From contig OX597834.1 in NCBI GenBank assembly GCA_951406725.2, positions 7,564,001 through 7,628,000 on the forward strand: a DNA stretch of 64,000 nt, given 5' to 3'. This DNA comes from Octopus vulgaris. Lineage: Eukaryota. The translations under genes and the position numbers were made by a program. Each line of letters begins with the position of its first letter. Positions within the stretch are counted from its first letter, which is position 1. The notes below the pieces were generated by a model, which worked only from the letters and a program-made list of their open reading frames with translations, did not search any database and was not told where the DNA came from. This document shows positions 53,071-64,000 of this stretch, in pieces.

Positions 53071-53911
53071 TAAACAGGTGATTATATCAGATTGATTATT
53101 TCTAATTTTCGTCAGGTTTAAAGGCAAGTAAGAGATCTTCCATATATACAAACTTATAGGTACGGTGTGTGGCTCTGTATATACATATATTTATATATGC
53201 ATATATATATATGCATATATATATATATGTGTGGGTGTATGTATATATATATAAATATACTGTCATAAACATACAAACACCCACATGCACACACATATTT
53301 GATATTTTGTTAAGTTGGGTTAAAGAAAAATTTGAGAGAAAATATTATCTTCGTTTTTTTTTTTCTTAGCATTCTTTTGTCTTTAGACTTGTCCAAGTCT
53401 GAGATGGAAAACAAGAAAGAATATTTAATAATAAGGAAGGAAATAAAAATTACAACTGATCTATCTTAGTCACGACATCATAAGAAACAAATTTCTGATT
53501 ATTACTGAACATGATTCTTAAGGTAAATGAAATATTTCAGTTTATAGTTCTGCTTTTTTTCATTGTTACATTTTTTGATACTTTGTATATCATTTCCCAT
53601 GTGAAAATCTGTTTCTTTCCTGTCAATGTGTTTTAATATTTGCATATCGTTGCAACTATTTTATTATTCTTAACTTCCTTTTTTATATGGCGAGGTTTTG
53701 AGCTGGCAGAATTGTTAGCGTTCCAGTCAAACTTCTTAGTTGCTTTTTCTACTGGCTTTATGTTCTTGGATCGAATCCTACCAAAGTCTGCATTTGATTA
53801 TTTCTAATTTTCTTCAGTTTTAGAGGCAAATAAGAGATCTTCCATATATACAAACTTATAGGTACGGATGCGTCTTGCTTATGTCTCATTATAATGTTGT
53901 GTCGCTCTGTA

Positions 53912-54169
53912 TATAATATAATATTATAAGAGACTATTATGCAAATCAAACAAAGAAAGACTTAATCCAATACATAAAATTTTTTATATAAATTAAATAA
54001 AATTAATTTTATTTAATTTATATAAAATTTTTATGTATTGGATTAAGTCTTTCTTTGTTTGATTTGCATAATAGTGGTTTTGTCTCTAATAATATTATAT
54101 TATATTACTATAAAATTGGATTCAATCCTAAATCTGATTTTTCCCTGTAAATTTGGATTTATTCCCTAA

Positions 54170-54180
<11 letters not shown>
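53912..54180. repeat. Zero-spacer palindrome (family 5) with unpaired 3' tail
   Basis: Axis between 54004 and 54005; near-perfect arms 53934-54074. Confidence 0.9.
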
Positions 54181-54253
<73 letters not shown>

Positions 54254-54654
54254 TATATATATATGCATATATATATATTACGTCAACTCCATTGATCAAC
54301 AGGTGTTTATTATATTGAGCCCGAAAGAATGAGAGGCATAGTCGACCTTGGTGGTATTTGAACTCAGAATGTAAAGACGGGCAAAACGAAGTAATATATT
54401 TTGTGTAAATAATTGATGAAGCATAATTCAAAGGACTGCGCTGTAATTATGTCCTACCACTGCTGTGTTAATGACAATAGACTTCTCTCTCACACTAAGT
54501 TAATTCTTGTATTATTACGTACAGCTTATATACCAAGGCTTCTGCATTTTGGTAGGATCTGTTCCTATTGCTTCTTGCTGCTGATATAATTATTCTTTAG
54601 CTGTTTATCCCCAGGTCAGTCCTTATTTGGTGGAGTCATTCCAATCCTGATTAT

Positions 54655-55050
54655 TACACTGCAGCCATGCTGGAATACTGCCTTCAAGAATTTTTAGTAG
54701 AATGTATCAAGCTCAATACTTATATTTTATGAGCCTGGTACTTATTCTAACGGTCAATTTTGCCTAACTGCTAAGTCACAGGGATACAAACATATCAAGT
54801 GGTGGTGGTGGACAAACAAACGCACACACACACATGCACTCAGACACACATACACACACATGCACACATGCGCACATACATACATATGTCAGGCTCCTTT
54901 TAGGTTCTCTCTACCAAATCCACCCAGAAAGATTTGGTTGGCCTGTGGCTTCAGTAGAAGACATTTGTCCAATGCGCCATACAGTAAGACTGAACCTAGA
55001 ACCATGTAGTTGGAAGCAAGCTCCTTACCACGCAGCCATGCCTATGCCTA
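54655..55050 (-). mobile_element. Diverged SINE family A
   Basis: GCAGCCATGCTGGA...CTACCAAATCCAC...GACTGAACC. Confidence 0.7.
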
Positions 55051-55425
55051 CTTGTGAATTTTAACCGCAGATTATTTCAAGTAGACCAGACCTTTGATCA
55101 AAATTTTTACCATCGTGTTTAGGCCGGTTACTGACGACGATTCGCCTGGTAGATAATATGGTCTTGCTAAATTATCTATTAAAAGATGGTAAGCGATATT
55201 ATTTGCTTAAGAAATCTGAAACCATGGTATAACCGTTATATAACAAGGTAAAGGTTTTTATTTTTCATTTACTTCGAAATTTGCTAAAAAATTGTGGTTT
55301 TTGGCCGTGTTGGCTGCTATATCTAGCACATGTAAAATTACCTGTTAAAGGGTAATTTTCTATTTTGAAATACGCATATATATATATATCAGTCTCTCTC
55401 TCTTTCTATATATATATGTAGAGAA

Positions 55426-55470
<45 letters not shown>

Positions 55471-55808
55471 TCCATTCTTCCTGAACATTAAACTCTTGGG
55501 TATTGTAAAATCTTGGACCACATACGATGTGTTCACCACTTCAGTTCTTTCCTTTCAAGAGTATTCTTTTGATTTTAATGGTCATAGATTAACAAGGATT
55601 TAACTATTATGAATCGCATGTTTTTGTTGCTGTTATAAAAAGATTTCAACTGACTTTGGTAAAATCTCAACAAATATATTCTCACAGAAAAAAAAATTCC
55701 CATATAGAGAAACCATCCAGATTTTTGAAATATCTTTGCTTGCCTACTAATGGATATTCTGTGTATGAAATCATGTACTTGAGGTGTGATTGAGAGAGAG
55801 GTTGTGTG

Positions 55809-55877
<69 letters not shown>

Positions 55878-56889
55878 GTGTGTGTGCATATTAATTTATG
55901 TTTATGAATAATTTTGTAGGTTTCTATGTAAACTAATCTGCACCCACTTTCTATAAAATTATTTATTAGATTAAACTCCAAGCCATACTTTTCATCTGTT
56001 AAACAACTTTAGAAAGAAAGTAATCAAACATACATACACACAAAAAGACAAATAAACATATATAAAATTATCAATGCACCCCGGCGTTGCCCGGGTGTTA
56101 TGACCTACGGCCACATTGCGCTATTTGTTCTTTTCATATGGGCAGAATCGTCACGCGAGGAGTACGAAGCAAACAACTCTTCTTTTTAAACATGATTTTC
56201 GGTCATTTTTCTGATGAACGACGCTGCAGGTTCCATTAACCAATTTCAGTTTCAAACATGTGGTCGGCCGAAGGCTATAGCCGAAAACACTATACCATGC
56301 GGAGGGACTGAACATGGAAACATGTGATTTGGAAACAAACTTCTCAAACATACATGTATTCTTACACCCAATATCTGTGTGTATGTGTGTGTGTGTGTTT
56401 GTGTTTATATTTGTTGTTCAATCGAGGTTTGTGACCTGTTATGTCTCGAAGTTCATCAAGCAGAGATCGATAAAATAAATGCCAGATTACAATACGTCCT
56501 GAGGTCAGTATAATCAATTATACTTTTGAAGGTGATACCCCATCATGGTGACAGTCGAAAGACGAAAGCCAGTAAAATAATGTTTAAAGTCTGATTGGCT
56601 TTAAATTTAATGTAATGGATTACTAACCACAAGATGAATTCAAAACTTCGTATCGAACTTCCACTGTATACGATAAAGCTATACGTACATATCAGTGGAT
56701 TTGACTTCCAACAGTTAACAATTGTAATTTAAAGTTGAATGGTTAACAGTACGAAAGATGTCCAGATTTCTTAAAAGATTACTGTGAAAAATATACTGAG
56801 AAAAAGTATTCTTCACTACAACAAAACACAGGTATATATTTATACATATATATATATATATACCTGTGTGTGTGTGTATGTATATATAT

Positions 56890-56924
<35 letters not shown>

Positions 56925-57476
56925 GCGAGAGAGAGAGGTGTATCTGTGGTAACTTGAGCTACTAGAAATAACAGCGAAATCTCTTCTTAAAATGCACCTT
57001 TTCATCAAAAGAAAGATAGATTTACATATTGCATGACAAAAATAACTATGCGATGGGTCTGTTACATCAGAGGCTACTCTGAGTTAAAGAAAACACAGAC
57101 ACACGTACTTCACATGAAAAGATTTTCTAATAATACAGTTGACGGTATATCTTCGAAGTTTCATTCCCTGGTAAAATTCCATGTATTTTAAGCATTTTCT
57201 CATTATGCTCTATGTAAAAATAAACATTTTTGAAGCAGAGTTGCCTTCCTTCTCTACAGAACTCGAAATTGTGCGATCCGACCTCGTTTTTGAGGTAGAT
57301 TTTGTAAAAAAAAAAAAAAGTTTGTGCAAAAAATATACTTTATTTGGTAGCCGAAAGATTACTGAATCTTTCGAATTAGCTAATTCGCTTTCGAATCCAT
57401 AAGGAATATTCGCGCGCGCAAAGACACACACACAAACTCTGTATCATATATTTAGATATACACACAAATAAAAGGT

Positions 57477-57540
<64 letters not shown>

Positions 57541-57820
57541 TATATACATATGTATATATCTTTTTCCCCTTTATTTTTCCTTGTTCCAGTCATTTAGGCA
57601 ACACCTTGAAGAATTTATAGTCGAAACTATCAACACCAATACTGCTTTTTTAAAAGATGATACTTGTTCTAGTGATCTCTTTTTATCAACAGCTAAACTA
57701 CGGAAACATTAACACGCCAGCACTGATTGTCAAGCGGTGGAGCGGGTGACAAACACAGACATACATAGATATATACATATATATACACTCTCTCTCTATA
57801 TATATGTGTATATAAGCATG

Positions 57821-57902
<82 letters not shown>

Positions 57903-57946
57903 TTTTTTCTCTCCTTGTTTCTCTCCTTGTTTTTTTTTCTGTGTCC

Positions 57947-57982
57947 CTTTCTGTAGAAGAGCGTAGGCTCGAAACGTAAAAG
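57947..57982 (+). ncRNA. Minimal hammerhead-like ribozyme (family 2, A6U core) within element ~57900-58075
   Basis: CTTT-CTGTAGA-A-GAGC GTAG GCTC-GAAA-CG-TA-AAAG. Confidence 0.6.
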
Positions 57983-58121
57983 ACTTTTTCTATTGCTGAG
58001 CGTTATACTAATGCATCTGTTTGTTTTTTACACCACCTGTCTTCGTCTTTTGCTTTTTTATGTAAACTCACTCTATATATATATGTATTTATATACATAC
58101 ACACACACACACACACACACA

Positions 58122-58199
<78 letters not shown>

Positions 58200-59401
58200 T
58201 GTATATAGATATATATTTAAGGTATGATAAATTGGTTCATAGAACCATGTGGCTTTCAGAGAAAGATCCTGTAGCAAACTTAACGGACCACATAGTTATC
58301 TAATACAGAGAAGTAGAATGCAATGTTTCTTTTAGCTGAAATCCAGTATGTTCAGTGGATGATGAAATTATTTCTTGAGGAGTATGTACAACATAAAATA
58401 TCTAGTGCTATAGTTATTTTACAACTTGTCTTCCTAAGGTTTACGGCTACATTCCACCCCATTTCATGTAGTAATAATTGCAGTGTATGACATATTATGT
58501 TCACATATCTGCACTAAAATGTATGCTACATATTATACAATACAATTACGTATTCACAAATTAATGTGGATAAAGAAATTTAGTTTATTAGATCAGATCA
58601 TTGTGTTTACATGAAAGATTCAACTCTAAGTAGGCAAAATGTTCTCTTTGTATAAAGAATGTATAGAATACCCAAATTATATAAACTTAACTTGGTATCC
58701 TTAAATCCTTAAAAATGTTTTAGCCCGAAAGCCGCGGCCATGCTGTGGCACCACCGCTGAAAAATAGATTGCTCTGAAGTAGAGAGCAATGCCCATATGT
58801 GTTAGAAAGATCGATTGATCTCTGCCGTCCTTGTCAAGGGGAGTGCTAACCGTCTCTCCTTTTTTGGTCAGTAAAAATAAATATGTGTTGTTTCATATCA
58901 ATTAAAGTGCTAGATCTAAGTCCAGAGAATTGATTATTTCTTATTGCTAACAGCAATGATTGTTAATTCCATTAACTTAGATCTCGCTTGGTATCTGATA
59001 TAAAACAAGTAAATTTTTATGTTTACTGACCATACCAAGCTTAGTTTATCTAGACTTGGTCTCCAATACATTGTATATTCAAAGAGAAAATGTATGTATA
59101 CTTAGATTTGAAGCATTGGTGTAATCATGAAGCTCTGGTGATCTGCTGAAGTAGCTTTCTTTACCTGAGTGGACTTGTGAACGTAAGATTGCATTGAATA
59201 ATGCATAGCATGGATATTAGTATTGATACGTAGACATAATTTGCTACACACCGATATTGTTATGATACGAAGAAGACTGTGAAATCCTAAGGAAGACAAA
59301 TGGTTAAATGAATATATTCAAATCCATAAATTCTGAGTATTTTTATAGTGTATGTGCGTGTAGGTATCTATCTCTATCTATATAATTATCTCTATATATA
59401 T

Positions 59402-59764
<363 letters not shown>

Positions 59765-60000
59765 AGACTGACAGTTAGGCATTTGCATACATAAGCAAAT
59801 ACACCAATTATTATTGCTATGAATGTAAAATTGTAATCCGAATATTGAAGATGGATGTTTCGAAACAGTTGTCCATAATGAACTTTCTCTTTGATTTTCA
59901 GAGACATTCACATCAGCAGGACAACTAACCTCTATGACGGTATGTATGTATGTATGTATGTATGTATGTATGTATGTATGTATGTATGTATGTATGTATG

Positions 60001-60540
60001 TTATGTCAGGTCACTTTTGAGTGCTACTGGTAACATGTAACCCAGTACAACCTGTGCATGGTCGGGTCGTCGGCAACTAATCCGGCAACCCCATCAAGCT
60101 TGCTTGGTGAGGACACCCTGCGGGATGAAAAACAAAACCTGTCAAAGGGCGGAGGAACTCGTGAGAGTCAACGGCCATCCAATAAATGTCTTCAGGCTGT
60201 ATCATGCGCGGGGACATAGAAATAATCGGACTGAATACCAGATCGCGCGGTTAAACCATTGGGAGTGAAGGACTCCTAGCCTTTGTTAGGACATCCTTCT
60301 AGGAGAAGGTAACACAGGTAACTGGGATAACTCCAACATAAAACCTGTGGCTCAGTGGTTACCGATGATGTTGACTTGTTCTTCTTTTCGGATTATGGCT
60401 GCTGTTGCTTACTGGGTGGGATTGACTCAGTGCACAGCCTTTCCTCACTTTAAAAAAAATTCTTGCACAGGCATTGCACGATAACAACATTGATTAAGCT
60501 TCGTGCAATGGCCATACTCGATAACGAGGGCGCAGCCATC
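60001..60540 (+). mobile_element. ~540-bp non-coding element (copy 2 of 9093-9648)
   Basis: Collinear with copy 1; flanked by (TATG)n-like repeats on both sides. Confidence 0.7.
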
Positions 60541-61289
60541 ATGTAAATGTATATGTATGTATGCATGTATGTGGGTATGTACGCATGTGTGTATGTATGC
60601 ATGTATGTATATGTATGTATAGACACGTATGTATTTTCATGCATGTATGTATACATGCTCATAAGAATGTATATGTTATAAATTCTGAGAGACAATATCA
60701 CTTTAAGAAAAACATGCTGGTTTTATTTTATATGGTTTTATTTTATATGTTGTTAATACCATTAATTAATTATATAAGTAATTAACCAATAAACCAGTCT
60801 ACTGCTTGCATAATTTTTTAGTCAAGTAGTAAATCACATGATTTTTCAGTGATCTGCCATTTCTTTCATTCTCTTGTACACCTCATCAATAAATATTTGT
60901 TCATAAGTCGCGATCAGTCTTTCCCATCATCCTTTCGGAGTCGATAAAATAAATACCATTTTCGCACTAGGTTCGATGTAATTGACTTAGCCCTCCCCTG
61001 AAATTGCTGGTCTTGTGTCAAAATTTGAAAGTAATGTATATTTATTTATAAGACTTGTTGAATTGTTATGAATAGTGTTTTGTTAGTAGTGTGTGGTGTG
61101 TCCACGAACAGGACAGATCATATTTTTCAGTGTCCAGTGGAATAGATTCTTATATTCATCTCTTATAACGTAATATATACCTACATATATTCTCAAATTT
61201 ACTTATTCACATGTATATCTCTATACATTCGCGCACACATATATATATGTAAGTATGTAAGTATCGAGTCGTTCCATAAATAATGCGGT

Positions 61290-61661
61290 TTATTTATACT
61301 CCTTTCGTTTTTGGATTTGGTTTGCAAGATTCTTTATATGAGTTCGTGTGTTGAAGCATATTCTGTTGTCTGGAGAGAGTCATTCTCTTTTTGTGCCTTA
61401 TCATTTGACACAATCATCGATAAAATTTCCCCTTCTTTCTTTTTTTTTATTTTCTAAAATTTTCGTTGCGTCATGCAACCTTTTCAGTAGTTTTGACTCT
61501 CAAGACTATTGAAAAGACTATTGAATCAAGACTATTGAAAATGTTGCAAGACGCAACGAAAAGTTTAGAAAAAAAACCAGAAAGAAGTGGAAATTTTACC
61601 GGTGAGTGTGTTAAATAATAAGGCACTAAAAGAGAATGACTCTCCCCAGACACAACAGAAT
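61290..61661. repeat. Asymmetric palindrome (family 3) with two outward-facing hammerhead-like motifs
   Basis: Arms ~61360-61497 and 61526-61661; motifs at 61454-61490 (-) and 61532-61568 (+). Confidence 0.8.
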
Positions 61662-61994
61662 TTACTTCTTTTTTTTTCTCAAAATTAAGATAGACATAAT
61701 TATTTTTATATCTAAAGTATACTCTCCTTCATTTTATACAATGCTCTTCCATCTATCTGGTAGACTTGCAAGGCCCCTCTTTCATGTTATTGTAATCGTA
61801 AATGCAACATTCGCTTTAAAGAAATGTTCTATATTCGTCGACCGAAATATAATTTATTAAACTGCGGACATGAATTAGCAATGTATTATTAGCATTCATA
61901 TAGAAAAGAAAATATTTTTCATAAAAAGCAGTCTGAAGAAAAATTCACTTGGATATAGGATAAGCTCATATAAGCCTCATCTACTACACATGCA

Positions 61995-62215
61995 TATGTG
62001 TATGTGTTTATGTGTCTCTGTTTGTCCATCCACCATCGTTTGACTACCGCTGTCGGTGTTTTAATGTTCCCGTAACTTTGGGGTTCGGCAAAAGTGACCG
62101 ATAGAAGAAGTACTAGGTTTACAAAGAATAAGTCCTGGGGTCGATTTGTTTGACTAAAAGGCCATGCTGGAGCATGACTGCAGTCAAAACGAATGGAACA
62201 TAAAAGAATGACACT
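61995..62215 (+). mobile_element. SINE family A 3' half
   Basis: GGTTCGGCAAAAG..ACCGATAGAA..TACAAAGAATAAGTCCTGGGGTCGATTTG. Confidence 0.75.
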
Positions 62216-62241
62216 CAAAAGAATATGTATGTGGACATGCA

Positions 62242-62303
<62 letters not shown>

Positions 62304-62380
62304 AGACCGTTAGCTCCTACACGCATTTTTTCTTTCCTTTTTTTCTCTCCTTGTTTCTCTCCTTGTTTTTTTCTGTGTAT

Positions 62381-62416
62381 CATTCTGTCGAAGAGCGTAG
62401 GCTCGAAACGTAAAAG
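62381..62416 (+). ncRNA. Minimal hammerhead-like ribozyme (family 2, CUGUCGA core) within element ~62300-62495
   Basis: CATT-CTGTCGA-A-GAGC GTAG GCTC-GAAA-CG-TA-AAAG. Confidence 0.55.
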
Positions 62417-63396
62417 ACATGTTCTATTTCTATTCCTGAGCGCCATACTAATACATTTGTTTGTTTGTACTCCACCTGCCTTCGTGTGTTTATTTATGCA
62501 CACATGAACGCAAGTGGTTAAAAAGATTACTCCACAAATATGAGCTTCGCATTTGATCTCAATTGTAGCAGCTGAATAAATATACATTTGCTATAGGCTA
62601 GTCTATTGTGTACAAATTTTTTGTAAACGAAAATTGTCTAGAAATCTGTCAGGTAAGCTGTTCTTTTAATTAAAAGCCAAGTCTTGTCACATCGTTTTCT
62701 ACTCGTACTTATTTTAATGATCATTATTTGATAAACAACTGAACACACCATAAGCGAACACACCATAAATAACATTATGAATCAATGTGAGCAAGTACTA
62801 AATTGCATAGAAACGAGTAAATCCATTAATCATGCATGTATATATACTTTCGTTTCAATAATGACGTGTATGGAAATGATCGTAAAATATACGTGGAAAG
62901 AAAGTTGGAAATACAATGTGCATTATAACATGGTATGTTGGAGTATGTAGAAAACTCATTAGAACTTATATAGGGTTGACATTTCGGTGTATTAGTATAT
63001 GATTCAGCTAGCTTCGGAAATGCTACACTGTAAAACTATTCAGCCATTGTGTACCAACATGCACTAAGGATAACGTAATTGTTTAGTCAATGATATAGGA
63101 TTAGTTAGCTTATCTACTCATCACTATGATACAATGCTGAGGCAGATAAATGAATCGGTTTGTATATGAGGTTGAGGAACAAGTATCAAACGAGATCAGA
63201 ATTAGAAAATACTTAGTGTAGAGGAAGTGCATATTTTCTCTCATGCACTTAAATTTATTTGAAGCACATCATGCAAATTCTGTTGAGTTTTTAAACCGCA
63301 AGCATCTCTTGTATGTCCTCCCATCCATCTCAAGAAATTTACAGTTATTATTGTTCTTCATATGAGAGTGGTGGTGAAGATTGAATAGGCTGAAAC

Positions 63397-64000
63397 TGCG
63401 AAGTGGTATCAAAAGGTTCCCGGACTAGTTATATTTAATAAAAATATAACCTGTTTACCCAAGTTTTAATATTATCTCCTTCGAAATGGTCACCTTGCGC
63501 GGCAATATACCGGTCCCTATGTTCCTCCTTGTTTTGGAATTCAGCCTGGAAGTCATTTTCTGTAAGCGAGTCGCTCTGGATTTCAATAACGGGGTTAAAA
63601 CGGTGACCTTTGAGCTGAAGTTTCATCTAGCGGAAGAGATGGAATCCTGCGAATAGGGCGGGTGCAGAAGCGATACCATGTTGTTTTTGGTGAGAAATTC
63701 ACGAGTGACGAGAGCACGGTGAAGAATCTAATACTTCGCGCCCCAAAGATCCGGTGACTTTTACCGAATGTTCTCTTTCAAACGTTTCAAAGCGTTGTAG
63801 TAGAATTCTCGATTGACTGTTTGGCCCTGAGGGACGAATTCTCGACACACAATGCCACATTTACAGGTCACTCATCGTCTTCCAGGGACATTTTTCTGCG
63901 CTTGAAGCGGCAATGCCAGTCGAAATATTACCTACGACCCATTGTCTCGTCGGCGTAACGCTGTAAGTTTGCCAAAGCATGCTCAATATCTCTGTAGCAG
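63397..64000 (-). mobile_element. Mariner transposon remnant with internal deletion, running off the window
   Basis: SLTENDFQAEFQNKEEHRDRYIAAQGDHFEG (mariner C-terminal GDYFEG motif) next to TIR-like GAAGTGGTATCAAAAGGTTCCCGGAC. Confidence 0.75.

Noticed and set aside
57352-57388. Adjacent short hairpin and 16-bp palindrome (CGAATTAGCTAATTCG)
   Set aside because: Short, single occurrence; chance or transposon debris cannot be excluded.
59902-59939. 38-nt plus-strand micro-exon candidate
   Set aside because: The donor GTATGT is the start of a (TATG)n tract; no other support.

Overview
Very AT-rich animal genomic DNA packed with microsatellites and transposon relics. The SINE and LINE families match what I know of octopus (coleoid cephalopod) genomes; this is an inference from repeat recognition, not a search. 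I found no intact host gene, tRNA, rRNA or CRISPR array, and almost all ORFs in the track are translations of (TA)n/(CA)n/(TAA)n tracts. Recognisable content: four families of tRNA-derived SINEs (CORE-like, Meta-like and V-like domains); R4/Dong-like restriction-endonuclease LINEs stacked in (TAA)n tracts; RTE and CR1 3' ends; Penelope-like (GIY-YIG) remnants; hAT, Chapaev-like, mariner/maT and Tigger-like DNA-transposon fossils; a mini-Helitron; and a MITE carrying telomere-like repeats. The most interesting layer is a set of short elements, mostly embedded in (TA)n, that carry minimal type-I hammerhead-ribozyme motifs. There are three clear sequence families plus a deviant fourth, with stem covariation and non-canonical cores (U3-A8, A6U/A6C, U4C). 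Several form asymmetric 150-650 bp palindromes with outward-pointing ribozymes, consistent with non-autonomous Penelope pseudo-LTR derivatives. Element boundaries were read by eye and are approximate.
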